DNA of 64,000 nucleotides, from NCBI GenBank assembly GCA_051294905.1, contig CM119372.1, positions 24,740,001 to 24,804,000 on the forward strand, given 5' to 3'. This document shows positions 38,701 through 53,700 of the stretch, piece after piece (position 1 is the stretch's first letter; every line of letters begins with the position of its first letter). The translations under genes were made by a program, and so were the position numbers. This DNA comes from Botryllus schlosseri (Eukaryota). The notes beneath the pieces are model-generated. The model did not search any database. It was not told the origin of the DNA and worked only from the letters and a program-made list of their open reading frames with translations.

Positions 38701-41700
38701 ATTTACAAAATGGTTAATAATCTAATTTGTATTTTTTTTTAATTAGGGAAATCACGAGGCAATTTCGCTTCATTAGTGGTAAAACTCCAGGACTCACATC
38801 AACAGAATGTCCGTCTGAGATGAACTATCCTACTGTGTAAACTCATTTTATTTGCTAAATTGCCAATAGCACAGGGATATCAACATATCGCTGTTTAGAG
38901 ATGTTTTGTTGGGGATCGTGGAAAAATAAAATCTTGTAGTAGTAAGGTCAATCACGATGACTTCAAAATGTTTGCAGAAATCCATTTTTTCCTGTGATAC
39001 ATAACCACTATTGCAGATAACCACTATTCCATGATATATTCAAGATGGGCTGCTAGATAAAAATGACCTAACTCAGTGGTTCGCAAACTGGGGGGGGGGG
39101 GGGGTGAAAGCATCTGTAGGGGTCGCGAAACTGCGATCAACTGAAAAAAAATTCGCGCTGGGCGCGATTTACCTTTAATTCATAGTTATTTATATTTAGG
39201 AATTCTCTCATCCATAGTCACTCATGACCTTCCATATCATCAAACGATCGGTTGGGATTGCCAGCATATGGTTGAATTTTGTGATAAGACGATAAGGGGG
39301 CACGAAATTTTCACTATCATAAAGGGGGGCTTGTCTAAAATAGTTTGAGAACCACTGATCCTAACTGGACGTTATATGTTCATTAAAAAATCTGTTTCTC
39401 AATTTTGGTGCCATATTTGTTGCGATCATTCCCAGTTGTGTCGTCAGAAGCATAACGCGTGGTTATCATATTCATAAGGCAGTCACTCGTTCATATCATA
39501 ATCGAAGGCACGAATTTTCAATACACCGCGTATTTGAAAAAAATGCAGTTTCTGTACTCATGTTTAAAGTCTACCCAATTTCTACATAAATAGCATGATG
39601 CTATTTTCGAGAATTATCGTTTTGTTGTTATTTATCACTAGCCTGGAGTTACTATTTGCGCAAGACATATGACGATTGCGCAACAATTGAGATAAAATTG
39701 AACTGCACGATGAGCGGGTCCGCGGGCGTCCGTGACGGTCCAAAAGGGGTCCGGGAAGACAAAAAGGTTGAGAACCACTGCTTGATACAACCAATTGGAG
39801 ACAGATTTGTATATGTTTGTCGAAGTTGAACAACACTCGAATGTAGCACGACTAATTCCATTACTTGGCTGAATTTAATGTAAGTATGGCGACGAACAAC
39901 ATGTTGTACAGCAGCGGTTCTCAAACTTTTTTAGATGAGCCCACCTTTATGATAGTGAAAAGCTTCGCTCCCCCCCCCCCCCATATCGTCATATCACAAA
40001 ATGCTAGCAATCCCAACGGATAGTTTGACGGCATGGAAGGTTATGACTGTTGATGAGAGAATTATGAAATATGAAATTCGGACTATACACAGAGCAACAC
40101 ATATAAATTGAAGTTAAATCGCGCCCAGCGCGGAAAAACAATTCAGTTCACCGCACCTTCGCGCCCCCCTTCAGGGACTTTCACGCCCCCAGTTTGAGAA
40201 CCACTGTTGTACAGTATTGTGATGTAGGCATACAATTATAGATATCCTATGGCTATGCGATACACATTCATATATATGAATGTATATTAGTTTGTTTGTA
40301 GAACAGTCAGATGTCCTGCGCAGTGTAGCCTACTGGGTTTAACCGCCGAATATATTCGCTATCGGAAGTATATTCAGAAATTATTACCTAATCATTGATA
40401 GGGCACAGCATAGGAAGGCATTTACGTAGGCCTATATAGTATAGGCATATATTGCGTATTGTTGCAGCGTACAACAAAATATCACATTTTCAAAATGAAT
40501 TACTGGTGTTCGTGCCACACTGCTAAGGTTCTTATTGACCCATAATACGTCGAAGTGTCAAATGCAAAAATAATTGACATTGTCAGTTAAAATAGTTTCA
40601 AGTTGAAGTAAACCACGGAAACTCGAAAATGTAAAAATCTACGCAGGATGATTTCTTAGGACCAACCAAGAAATTTGTCAGCAAAGTAGACACCGCATCG
40701 AATTTCCCTTGGAAAGTGTAGTTCATATCCAAAAGAGAAACCTCCAGGTCTAGCACTGACTCGCTGAGTGAAGTGACGCGCTGTACAAAGGATGAAATGT
40801 AATTTTGTTCGGTGTCAAACGATAAGCAGTAACACCTCGCGTTCCTGCGCTAACAGTGTAATGCGATTGTCCTGTCGTAGTATGTAAGTCAAGATTTGCT
40901 CCGTGGTGTTGTAATTGTAGTCAATATCTTTTCGCAATTCATGAATTTCCGCTTCGATATCCGATAGGTTTTTACCCGAGGACGAGCGGTGCTTCAGAAA
41001 GACGAACGCGCGGAAAAACCGCAATTTCTGCATTTGCTCTGTACGAAACGATTCCAGCGATATAAATAGGTTACATGCATGTGCTAATACGCAGGCCCTT
41101 CATGTGCACAAATAATATATTGGTTGACACGTGCCGGTGCATATCGAGTTTTTTTAAATATAGGTTGAAATTAATTCGTGACTAATATGTTATCTTACCG
41201 CAACGACCCCGGGATGAAAAATATATGGATAATCGCCTATTCTACACACAAGTCTCGCCATATAGCGGTAGAGGTGGTTAGTAACGAAGCACCTCGAACG
41301 AAGTTCTGCCTTTTCGGAGTATACTCATGTAGGTTTTGGCTACTTGCACTACTTACTCAAGTGCTGGTTATGTTGTTAGATTACTTCTATTTCCACTTAA
41401 CAGTTTTCAGTTTTAGGCAAAACCATTGGCCGGTATAACATTTACTTTTCCCTTATGTGGAAATCACTACTTGTACTTCTACATGAGTATCAACGATGTC
41501 TATTTGATTGTCAGTGCTTGAGTACAAACGCTGACTATACTTTGACCACCTCTAGGCCTAGAATACCTGGAAATCGCTACTTTTATTTGTACTTGAATAC
41601 GAACGACCACTAATTGGATACTTTTACTAGACTACGAACGATGGCTATCAATGGTGACTACTTGTACCTCCACAGTTTAGTGGGTAGGCCTATAGAAGTA

Positions 41701-44700
41701 CCCGACTCCCATAAGCAGGCGCATTTATTCGAATGCATATGCAAGGCCGTAGATTTAGTCGCTGGCATCCAAATATTCGGCCACGTCATCAGTTCAAACC
41801 AACAAATATTACACTTAACCTATCTATTCGTATAGCAATTGCCTTACGACAAAGCTTGCCTTTCAATAGCTTTCTTGAATCGTTGATATGCTGCAAAACA
41901 TCTTCCGCTATAAACCCAGCGCTTTCCAAATTAGAAACTCTGCTTCCCAACAGAGCCGTGCCGTTTTTGCTAGTTTCTAGGCATTCTTTAATCTGTTCAA
42001 ACGGGTATCATAATTTGCGAGTTATTCCATATTCTAATCTGCTCAACCTTCTCTGATGTCAACTTCTCAGCACGGTCGATACGTTCTTCTACAATTCGTA
42101 CGGCTGTAGCGTAGTCGTCTCTTGTCAAGTATTTCGAATTCATGTGCTGCACTATTTGATTTAAACGGTTGACATCTGTAAAACGTAGGATATTACGGTC
42201 AGGTTATGATTTATATAGCCTGTCACTGTCTTGTCCAAACAGGAATGACTTGCCTGATTTCATCTCAGAAAACTGATGAATTGTGTTCGCCAGTACATCC
42301 AGCTGATTCTCGATTCGTTTGTTCAACGCAACTTCCAACCTGCAATACGTCTGACGCAAGTAATACACAGCAGGCTGATAATTTAATCCGCAATTGTCGA
42401 GTTACTTTATTTTATAAGCGCCGTTCGAGCCGTTGAAGTACATTGTTGGAGAATCAGGTGCATTGCTCTCCAATATTTCGGTTTCGATATGACTTGATCC
42501 TGACCTAACCGTCGATTCCTCCCGTATTTCAGATACTTCTTCCCTACTTTCCTGTAAGTGGAATGCATGAGATAGTTTTTCGTAGGTTGTTCTGCAATTT
42601 CTATAACTTGTATTTCCAGCTATACACAGTCATATTTTCGTCAAATATCGGTGACAGGGAGGTCCAAACCAGGAAACATAGACCGCCGCTACCGGCGACT
42701 CGATTTTGTGCTGCCGTGAGCACTACTAGCAGTTGTTAAACCATAGTGTCCTATATGGTGTGGACACAAGCAAATCTCACGGCTCAGTGAAATTGGTTCA
42801 CGTCATACTTTCCATTTGGCTTAAGGCAATTTGACGGCAATTTTGACCGGCTTGCCGAGCATCAAATTTGATAAAACGGGTATCAATTGAAAGCTGCCGC
42901 TGTACCGATTACGAAAATATAAATTTTATTTTGCTCGTGGCTAAGAAACCCCCATAGTCAGCCTTAAATTTTTCATTGTTATGTATAATGGCGTATAGTG
43001 ACGCAACAATGCAGTCTGGTGAAACGAGAGCGTAGCTCATGAATAAATGATGCAAACATATCTAAAAACTACTTTCAACATTGCATAATCGAAAGCGTAA
43101 AAACTGTGTAGTGTTAGCCAGGGTTGTAACCAAGTCACAAGGCTCCCAGTCACAAGTCATTCTCACTTTTATAGTTTTGACTCGAGTCAAGTCGAGTCAT
43201 TTTCAATTCACCACCGAGTCAAGTCCGAGTCCAAGTCATTGAACAGAGAGTCGAGTCCGAGTCATTGTATTATGACTCGCGTTCGAGTTCAAATCATTGT
43301 GTTGACTGCTCAGTTTCCAGATAAAGTCTTGTTAAACCCACTTTCTATATTTCTGTTTGGTGATATCGAATGGTTCGCATTTATAATATACTAATCTTCT
43401 TCGCTTTTAGCAGATTTTGGTCGCATTTCCAGGTACCAGTACCAATGGACGAAATCTCAATAGTGCGGTTCTTCGAAATTATAGTGAAATGTCGGTCTTG
43501 GCCGTCTGAGTCTCGAGTCATATGACTTGGTTCGAGTCATGCGCAATGACTCGATTCCAAGTCGATTCAATACACAGATTGACTCGAGTCATTACAACCC
43601 TGGTGTTAGGTAAAAATGTAGAAGTGGAAGTACTTTAAAGCATAACCACTTCAGTGAGCGGTGTAAATAGACATAGTCTACTTGTTTACCCCGAGAAAGT
43701 AGAGAGAGGTATTTTGTTACCGAGCACCTCTGAGAGTAAGTAGCTATATTAGAGTAAGGCATGGATAATACATGGACTGATGGTTTTATTTTATTTCTGG
43801 AGTTCTGACTCGGAAACGGATAAGGCCGGATCCGGATGGGAGCTGGATTTGTACATATTCTGATACAGTCGGAGTACTAGGGAGTAGTGTGCGGGATTTA
43901 TCCAGATCCGGGATGGATAATATTAGGAATATTTTATTTTTGACCGAAGCGGGATTGCATTTTGAAGAAACAGGGTCGGAATCAAACTAGGGAATTTGTC
44001 GATATGGCCCGCGCTATAGTAGCTAGCAACGATAGCTGCCTGGTACAAGACTCAACTGGGACCTTAGGTGGACCTACTTTCCCGATGGGGTGCATCTGCC
44101 GGTCGATTTTATCACAGATAATATAGAAGTTGGAAGTGTACAGAGGAGCATCGGAAGGCGAGAACTATGTGCTGGCAGCTCCGCGATAATGAAGTATGAC
44201 AAGGATTGATGCACTATCGCAAGAAACGGGTTATAAAGAAGTAACAATTGACATGCTTGGACTATGTGGTTGGTGATTGTCACTTTCAAATCATGGCAGC
44301 TCTGGTTGAATATTGTAGGATGAACCTTGTATAATTACTATGATGATGCAAATGATGGTATGAATACTTCCTCAATCGTGGCATGTGCAGGTCAACCGAA
44401 GCAAACTTACCATGGTTCCCCACATCACTATATTGGCGGAATTACCTTGTGACAACAGGAATCGAGTGAATCTTTAATCGCTTGAAGTTCTCGATTAGCA
44501 TCCCAAGAGCTATTTACTTCATGGACAATTTCATACAGCTCTCCAAGCTTGATCTTTGCTATCTATGAAAACGATCAGGTAATGCTTCATGTACCTTTTC
44601 CACAAACGAAATAGAGAGTAATTGTGGAATGCAATATTTCTAAACTGAAGTACATTTATTATTGGCAATAGATCAGGTGTAACTCACATGATTATGAATA

Positions 44701-47700
44701 CCATGAAGACATATCCAAGAATGCCGCTGTTGACAGTTTTCGAATCGCATATGAAATCGATAAGTGTAAAATTAGAGCGGGGCGAAATCGAACCTGGCTC
44801 ATTCGATTCTGAGTCGAGCTTTGAGTCCAGTGTTCGAGTATAGCATTCATTAGACGCCATAAGAGTACGAACAAATTTGAAAGTTCTAATAGGTACCATA
44901 ATTGTGGCCACAAGGAAGATAATGACATTTACAATAATTTTATACCTCCTCGCTACGATCATTTCATCTCGCTTTGCTACTGTCGCGGGATGATCACACA
45001 TATGGATGTGAATTGAATACGCACCACTAAATATTCGTGAACTTTTGCTGAGTATGATGATATGATATGACCAATCGAGTTTTTAGGGCTGTCACGATGA
45101 GAAGAAAGTATTGAAAATATAATTCTCTTTGACAAAAACTGTTATGTTCGTGTATTTACGTTGGTATCGTTTCACTCTTATTTGTCTAGGATTAGTAATT
45201 ACCGCCAATCATTATTTCTTCGTGTGTCGTGCTTCGTATTTATACCCTGTGTTCTGTTCTCTCGTGGTCTTTTCATTTAACTGCACTCTGGATCGTGTCG
45301 CTGCCGTAAAGTTATTCTGCTGATAATATACTGATTCTGTATTGCAACCTCGTCGCATTGAGTTATTGTTCAAACGAGATCAAGAACATAACAATTGGTG
45401 TCAGAAGTCGGATTCAAAGTTATTTCTGCGACGAATATTAAGCATGGATTCAGGTATATTGAAGCTGCTCGAGAAGCAGCAGGCAATGATGGCGAGTCTA
45501 CATGAAACAATGGCAAATCAAAAAGATCAGCTGGAGCAGCAAAATGCTCGGCACAGAGAAGATCTGGACCAACAACGCGCACAGCATAAAGAAGAAATGG
45601 CGCAATTAGCGCAGAGGTTGAGTCCCGGTACGTCAACATCTGAAGCTACCGCTCCCAAGTTTGATTCGTTCGCAAAATCAAAGGAGAAATGGGACCAATA
45701 TCTTCAGCGATTCAACCATCACCTAGCAATATACGGCATTTCCAACATGGAGAAGAAAAGAGCGTGTCTATTCTCATGGGTTGGACCTGAAACGTACTCG
45801 CTCCTACGTAATTTGTTTGGTGCTGCTGATGTCAGTGCGCAAACCTTCAATGCGTTGACTGAGAAGTTGTCCACACACTTCAAGGATTCAATTCATGTGC
45901 AAGCAGCCAGGTACGAATTTTACAATTGCAAAATGCAGCCGGGACAGTCATACGCTGATTGGATCGCAACTCTCACGGAATCTCCAAGGATTGCAACTTC
46001 ACATGCTCAAGAGATGGCTGTGATCAAAGCTACGTTGATGAGCTAATGCGCGATCTCATCATTAAAGAAACGCCGCACGCGGATGTGAGACGGCATTGTC
46101 TAACACAAACCAATCCATCCCTTGACGACGTTCTCGAAGTAGCCGCAACATACGTGAGAACGCTGGAAACTGATAGGGTTATCCAAGGCGAGAGTAGCGG
46201 TAAAGACAAGATGACGGGAAGTTATCAGAAGGGGAAAAAACCTTCCAAATCCAACCAAGGCAACTTCCTGGAAAGACTGAAATCTTGCAGCCGCTGTTTC
46301 ATCGATCACCAGAGAAAAGACTGTCAATATCGACATGCAGTATGTCAGAAATGTGGTCGTAAAGGTCATATCAAACCTGTGTGCATGTCTACCAAACCTA
46401 GTATCACGCAACAGGTCACATCCGTCAATTTCTGCTCAGTGCCACTCCTCTCCTTCGACATCGATCAACTATATCGACGCGTAGGAAACCAGCTCTGGAT
46501 CAACTCCAGCATCAACGGCATTCCGTTGCCGACACAGTGGGACACTGGTGCACCCTCCGCCATGGTGGGATTGACTGGGTACAAAACTTTGGGCTCTCCG
46601 AAACTCTCAGCATACCATTGCTCTTTCGTAGCGTACGGCGACAAGCCACTGAAAGTGAAAGGTATTTGCACTGTAACCGTGCAGGTGGGTTCTGAAGATC
46701 GAGTTGGCTTAAAATTGGTAGTTCTCGACGAACACCGTGGGCAAAACATTTTTGGTCTCGATTGGAGCGATGCTTTCTCCATGACCACTGAGGGAACGTC
46801 TGCTTTGGATGCAATTTCCTCGCAGATGGTCAAATCGCAATCATGTAATACTATTGACATTTCTGATTCGAACGACAAATTGGTATCTTTTCAGTCCAAA
46901 TTTCCCTCCGTTTTCTCTAATGTATTAGGACGATGCACCAAGACAAAGGTGACGATTCACTTGAAACCTAATGCCAAGCCCGTATTCAACAAGCCACGCC
47001 CTTTGCCTTTTGCAAGGCAAATCGCTGTTCAAACCGAATTGAATAGATTAGTCAATCAAGGTATTCTCGAACCAATCAATTACAGTGATTGGGCAGCACC
47101 AATTGTTGCCGTCACTAAATCAAATGGATCAGTACGCATTTGTGGTGACTTCAAAGCATTGAATCAACAAATTCAGATAGATCAACATCCCCTGCCCTCC
47201 TTGGATGAAATTCTTCACAAGTTACAGGGTGGTTGTATATTCACGAAAATTGATCTTGCCGATGCTTATTTTCAGCTAGAATTAGATGATGATGCGAAGA
47301 ATTTGTGTGTCATAAACACGCAATTCGGTCTTTTCCGTTATCGACGCATGTGTTTCGGAGTCGCATCTAGTCCCGCAAATTTTCAACGTTGTATTGATGC
47401 CATGATCGCCGGCTTACCCGGTGTTGCTAGTTTTATCGATGACATAATCGTTACTGGCATTGATGAACGCGATCATTTTCGCAACTTATCGCTACTCTTT
47501 GAGCGCCTCACCGAGTACGGTTTCACCGTCAACTTCGCGAAATGTGAATTTTTCAAAAGTAGTATCGAGTACCTTGGTCATATAATAGACAAGGACGGCA
47601 AACGCCCGTCTCACAAATCCGTTGAAGCAATCAAACAGTTGCCTAAACCTCAGGATGTTCGCCAGCTACAGGCATTCCTGGGCAAAGTCAATTATTATCG

Positions 47701-50700
47701 CGCGTTTATTCCTAATTTCACGAATAAAGCCGCTGCCTTGTACCGTCTTCTTCAAAAAGACGCGAAATTCATTTGGAATGCAGACTGCGACGCAGCTTTT
47801 CGCATTCTCAAAAACGACGTAATCGACGCTACGCAGTTAGCTCATTATGATGTAAACAAGCAGCTCATTTTGTCAACTGATGCTTCTCAATTCGGAATCG
47901 GCGCTGTCCTCTCAATCGAGCACAATGGCGAAGAGAGACCGATCGCGCACGCATCGAAAACACTTTCTGATTCGCAAAAATCCTACTCTCAAATCGAGAA
48001 GGAAGCTCTGTCAATCATTTACGGAGTCACTAAATTTCGTCAATTCTTGTATGGTAGAAAATTTACGCTCGTAACGGACCACAAACCGCTTTTAGCTATT
48101 TTCTCGCCAGACAAGAAAATTCCCGTGATTACAGCGCAACGCTTACAGCGATGGGCACTAACGCTCATGGCTTACCAATACGATATTCGCTATAAACCGA
48201 CTAATCAGCACGGAAACGCCGACGGTTTATCTCGTCTACCAAAGGGTCCAGACCCTGAGTTTGACGAACTGGAAATTCGTGAAAACGCGGAGATCGTTCA
48301 CGCTATTAATATGGCATTCGATGGCTTACCGTTAACTCGCAATGAAATTCGCGACGCGACGCTGAAGGACAAAACCATGAAACTAGTAAAATTATCTGTC
48401 ACTCATGGTAATTGGAATCCAAAGACGCACATTGATGATTTTTCTTGGTTTTCGACTCGAAAACATTCGCTTTCTCTGCACGAAGACATAGTCATGCTCA
48501 ATATTGATGGTTTTCAGCGCGTAGTAATTCCGCAGTCACTTCGCTCGCGAGTCTTATCATTGTTGCACGAAGGACATTGGGGTATCGCGAAAATGAAGCA
48601 GATGGCTCGACGTTACATCGCATGGCCTTCCATTAATCGCGACATTGAAAATCTCGTCAAGAGTTGCGACGCTTGCCGTAAGGTCATGAAAGCGCCTGAT
48701 CGTCAGTACCGCGAATGGCCTAAAACTTCTGAAAGCTTTGAACGAATTCACTTGGATTTCGCAGGTCCACTAAACAACAAGATGTTTCTTGTCATCGTCG
48801 ATGCGCATTCGAAATATCCTTTCGTTAAAGTAATGAATGTCGGATCTACCACAACCTTGTGTGTGGTCAACGCTTTGAGGGAAGTCTTCTCTATTGAAGG
48901 CTTGCCCATAACAATTGTTACGGATGGCGGACCGCAATTCACGTCGAATGAATTCGATACGTTTTGCTCTAATTTGGCAATCAGCCATATCGTATCACCG
49001 TCTTTTCACCCTGCCTCGAACGGGGAAGCGGAGCGATTCGTCCAGACTTTAAAAGCTGGATTAATAAAAAATTGCGACGGGGGAAAAGATCTCAACTTCG
49101 CGCTCCAAACACTTCTCGCTACGTACCGATGTGCACCGCACCCGGGCATAGACTGGAAAACGCCTGCCGATATTTTACATGGTCGACAGCCGCGCAATTT
49201 GTTAAGTTTGTGCTCGCCCTTCGACAAATCGAAACCCGTTACGCCTAGACAATCAGTCACTCATTTCGAGATTGGTTCCTCGGTTTACGCTCGCAGTTAC
49301 CGAAGCGGACCAAAGTGGGTTGCTGGCGTGGTGACGGAAATACTGGGGCGTGTTGTGTACATTATAAAAACAGATCATGGGCATTGGAGAAGGCACAAAA
49401 ACCAACTCCAGCCACGCTTGATTTCCACAAGTAATGATACAGCCACACAGGAAGTTGCTCAGCCTCAACAGTCGCAAGCTGAGCAACCATTGGTTCGTAA
49501 TAGGGCACAACGTCCTGCAGCTAGTCCTGCTCGTACGTCGGGTAGACGTTACCCCGTTAGAAATAGGAGACAAACTGATTTCTACCGGCCAACGTGAATC
49601 GCCCTGCACCCTTTAACTTACAGGGGAGGACTGTTATGTTCGTGTATTTACGTTGGTATCGTTTCACTCTTATTTGTCTAGGATTAGTAATTACCGCCAA
49701 TCATTATTTCTTCGTGTGTCGTGCTTCGTATTTATACCCTGTGTTCTGTTCTCTCGTGGTCTTTTCATTTAACTGCACTCTGGATCGTGTCGCTGCCGTA
49801 AAGTTATTCTGCTGATAATATACTGATTCTGTATTGCAACCTCGTCGCATTGAGTTATTGTTCAAACAAGATCAAGAACATAACAAAAACCTGTTGGCGC
49901 CAAGAGCGTGACAAACCAACACTTACTTACATCACTATATATACTCCACTCGAATGATCGCAATTGATTCTCGAATCGTTGTGCCCGCAGTCCCGTGCTA
50001 ATACTAGGATTGCATTTAAAACAAAATTCAATTGAGGAGAAACATGTTTTACGCATGTTTTTTCAGTCATGACGTCACGAATATTCAATTGTGACGTGAT
50101 AGTGGAGTGACATTAACACTTGAAAATACAAGGTAAATACAACTCTTTTGAGGAAATGGGCTTCCAACCCCTGTCTTATACGGACCAGAAATATCTTCAA
50201 CTAGGGCTACATTATCTTGCAGCTTTTTTACGGTCGGCGGCCATCATCATCAGAACATTCATTCCGTACCAATGATGTATATCTATGTACTATAGGCCTA
50301 GCTGTTGAACCAACTATTTGGAGGGTTTGAACCATCCCATATGGTCGGCTATATCCGGATGGTAATCGTCCGTTGCCTAATACAACATGTTTTTTGGAAA
50401 GGATTTTACACAGTTATGGCATAACTATACAGCCGTAAAAAAATGTTTTGATAAAAAAGGCATATGTTTAAAGCACTGTTCAAAACATGTTTTAAACAAA
50501 GTGTTTTAAACAAACATTTGTTTTAAATGCAGCCCTAGCTAATACGCGTAGAAGCCGATCGAATATATTATCCGGTAAAAATCTGCAATCACCTTGGCAT
50601 TGTCCCTGATAACAGCGTTTCCGTTCTGCAGTTCTTCGACATTTTTACGAACTATTGCGCTTGTATTTTGTACCTCATTGATTTCAGTAAGAATACGCTG

Positions 50701-53700
50701 AGAGTTTTCGCGTAGCCACAAAATTGATGAACCGTGATCGTTGCTTCTGTGACGTAGATATTGATGTTTCAACACCCGTGAGAAAGTACAGATGTTGCCA
50801 TGTGTCAGAAATATCACCTTGATATTGCTAAGTTGATACTTTGATTCAAAGCCGATAGATTGGTCTTGACAGATTTCAATTCAATGCGCGCTTCTTGACC
50901 TTCAGTAGATATGTCAGATATCACACCCGAGAGTCTACGTTCTTGCTTCTCAAGTCTGTAAAAAACAAACAATGTCAAGACCAGTATACGTAGCCAGAAA
51001 CCACTCATCAATTCTATCAGTAAAACTGCTGAATTATCATGATGGTAATTTTGCGATAATGTTATTTCTATAAATACAAGTACAGTTTCTGGGTTAACTT
51101 ATGGAAAAGTTCAAATATGTACCATAGTTCCGACCACAAAGAAAATAATGCCAATTACACTTGACAAAAAATGTTTTATTTTCAGTGGACTTGGTTCATC
51201 ACTACTCAAAAATGTCGCGTCCCCGCATGCGCAGGAGCGCAGCATCATGCTACATTTTGGAGGCTATAAAATAAGGCCAATCGAAGTTTCAAAGCTTGAA
51301 TGGCAGAGGGTGTAGATACCGTAATACATGCAACTAAAATAGTTCTTCGTGGAAAGAGCTGTACGATTTCTGCACACCGAAAATACCAACTCCCACGACT
51401 CAACTAGAATCATTACAGTAAATACTCGACGCCGATTGGAGAACTCCCCCGGTGCCTGGCTCAAGTATTAATATGACTTGAAGTAGACTAGCTGTCTTCC
51501 CTACGCATGTCATAATTACATATATGATACATTGCAGTCTGCAAGGCAATCGACATTCAAGATTCAAGTCGCGTTTAATCAGGGTTGTTACCAAGTCACA
51601 AGGCTCCGAGTCACAAGTCAATCTCACTTTTATAGTTTTTACTCGAATCAAGTCGAGTCATTTTTATTTCACCGTCGAGTCAAGTCCGAGTCCAAGTCAG
51701 CGAGCGGAGGGTCGAGTCCGATTCATGGTAATGTGACTCGAGTCCTAGTCAAAGTCATTGTGTTTACGGCTCAGTTTCCAGTTAAAGTCTTGTTTAAACC
51801 CCGTTTGAAAACTGTTTTGTGATATCGGACGGTTCACATTTATAATATACTAATTTTTCTCACTTTTAACAGTTTCTGGTCGCATTTATAGTATCGCTAC
51901 CAATAGATGAAATACCAATAGTGTGGTTGCTTTACTATTTTTCGAAATTACAATGAAATGTCAGCCTTGGCCACCTCAGTCTCGAGTCCAAGTCGAGTCA
52001 TTACACAGATTGACTCGAGTCGAGTAATGACTCAAGTCATTACAACCCTGCGTTTAACGCTATGTTTAATTCCTTAAAATGATCGTCACGAAAAGAAAAC
52101 GCTTTTGTACTTTCTCATTTCTAATTTAGACTGTTATACGGAATTGGTCGCATCGAAATCATGAAATAGATTTCCTTAAACCATTAGTGGCAACTTTTCT
52201 AACTTAACTAAAGTATATGACGGGCAGCTCCGCAGGTAGAAAATCTTCCGCAAGGATAACACTTAACACAGTGGTTCTCAACCGGTGTGCCGCGGCACAC
52301 TAGTGTGCCAATTGGACTGCTCAGGTGTGCCGCGAGCAAATTATGTCGAAGTATAACAAAAATCCCAATTATGAGTGGGTCATTGTTGGTTTTCTATTGA
52401 ATTTACCCGACCAAGACACGCGATACGCAAACCGATGCAGTGAACGGTATCTCAATCTAGTATTTCAATTTGGCATCCCCATGAGGTCATGGATTGGGTC
52501 TTTCTCTGGGCTTTTTATTGCAGTAAAGACGCTCTGAGCACAGCAACGTATAGGGGCGGAGAATCTAATAAATCTGCAACGCTTTGTAACTTGCTACTGC
52601 ACTGCCATGAATCAAACTGGGGCCTCCGCCGTCAGTGATGGGTGTGATATGCTAGTTTGCCCACATAGTAGCATTTAGGACGGTGATAACTAAACTCGGG
52701 TAATTGGACCGTGATATTGAGGTGTGGCCGAAGTGTTCACCTTTTACTTGTCTCCCATCAGAACCGTAGACAGAACAGGGACATGACGCAGGTTGATGAC
52801 CTTTTTATGTTTCTATTTGTAGTCGTATTCTTGCCATGTCTTCGTCATCGATGATTATTTTACACCATGCTGATATTACATATTTTGATTCCTGAGATGC
52901 CAACTTATAGCACGGCCCACTTTTTGTAAGACACTGCTTTTGCAGATCGGAGGACAAGTAGGAGCCTACACAAATCTCCAAAACCTAGAAAGGCATTCTC
53001 ACCATCGAGAAATGAACTCATTTGAAAGTGATGTTCACGTTTAAAAATTAGAATTGCTATCATAGCCATTCACATTGCGATTGTTATGTAGGCCTAGCGT
53101 GCCAGCGCTGCAGGTAAAACGTAGGCTCAATGCGCAATGTTATGTTGCAGGCGACAAATTCGAGAATTGAGAAGTAAAGTTGATCAAATTATATCAGTTA
53201 CAAATTTCCCCGCCGCTGAGGTTTATTATCCCGATTTGTTGGAACTACAATTGAACTGCGGGTGGCTGCCAGTAACACTATTGTGGTATAGCCTACTATC
53301 CTAACAGGTGCTATTACACGATCTGCGTTGAAATGCGTTTGGCATCCATGTATATTGTATAATACACCTCTACGCCTCTGTATTTGTTAGTGGCGATCGT
53401 GATTGGACTCTTCGATACGACGGTTAATTACATCGACAGTGCGGTAGTGGGCAGACTTTATTGTCAAGTCAATCTTATGAAATTAAGCTGAACCTGAAGT
53501 TTAAACGAGATCTCAGCTGGCCAGTTATGTGGTAACAGAGGTAATAGCTGATAATTCAAAACCTCACACGGAAACGAAGAAAGCTCTTCTTCCGGCCTGC
53601 AATAAAATTGTAAAAAAATGTTTGGGAAGAATTAAAAACGATTCCCATGTCAAATGATAGACGTTTTGTGGCATGTCCGCAGAGATAAAAGAAAACTTAA

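Noticed and set aside
45129..45323. Hydrophobic ORF repeated four times (also 27421-27654, 31926-32159, 49594-49815) as an env or accessory gene
   Set aside because: It is a translation of the T-rich LTR, repeated only because the LTRs are
45959..46046. Programmed gag-pol ribosomal frameshift
   Set aside because: Copy A is in frame at the same position and no slippery heptamer is evident; a lesion or sequencing error explains it better
27362..49885. Composite transposon or past inversion bounded by the two Gypsy copies
   Set aside because: Each copy has its own matching TSD and host exons stay colinear on both sides of copy B
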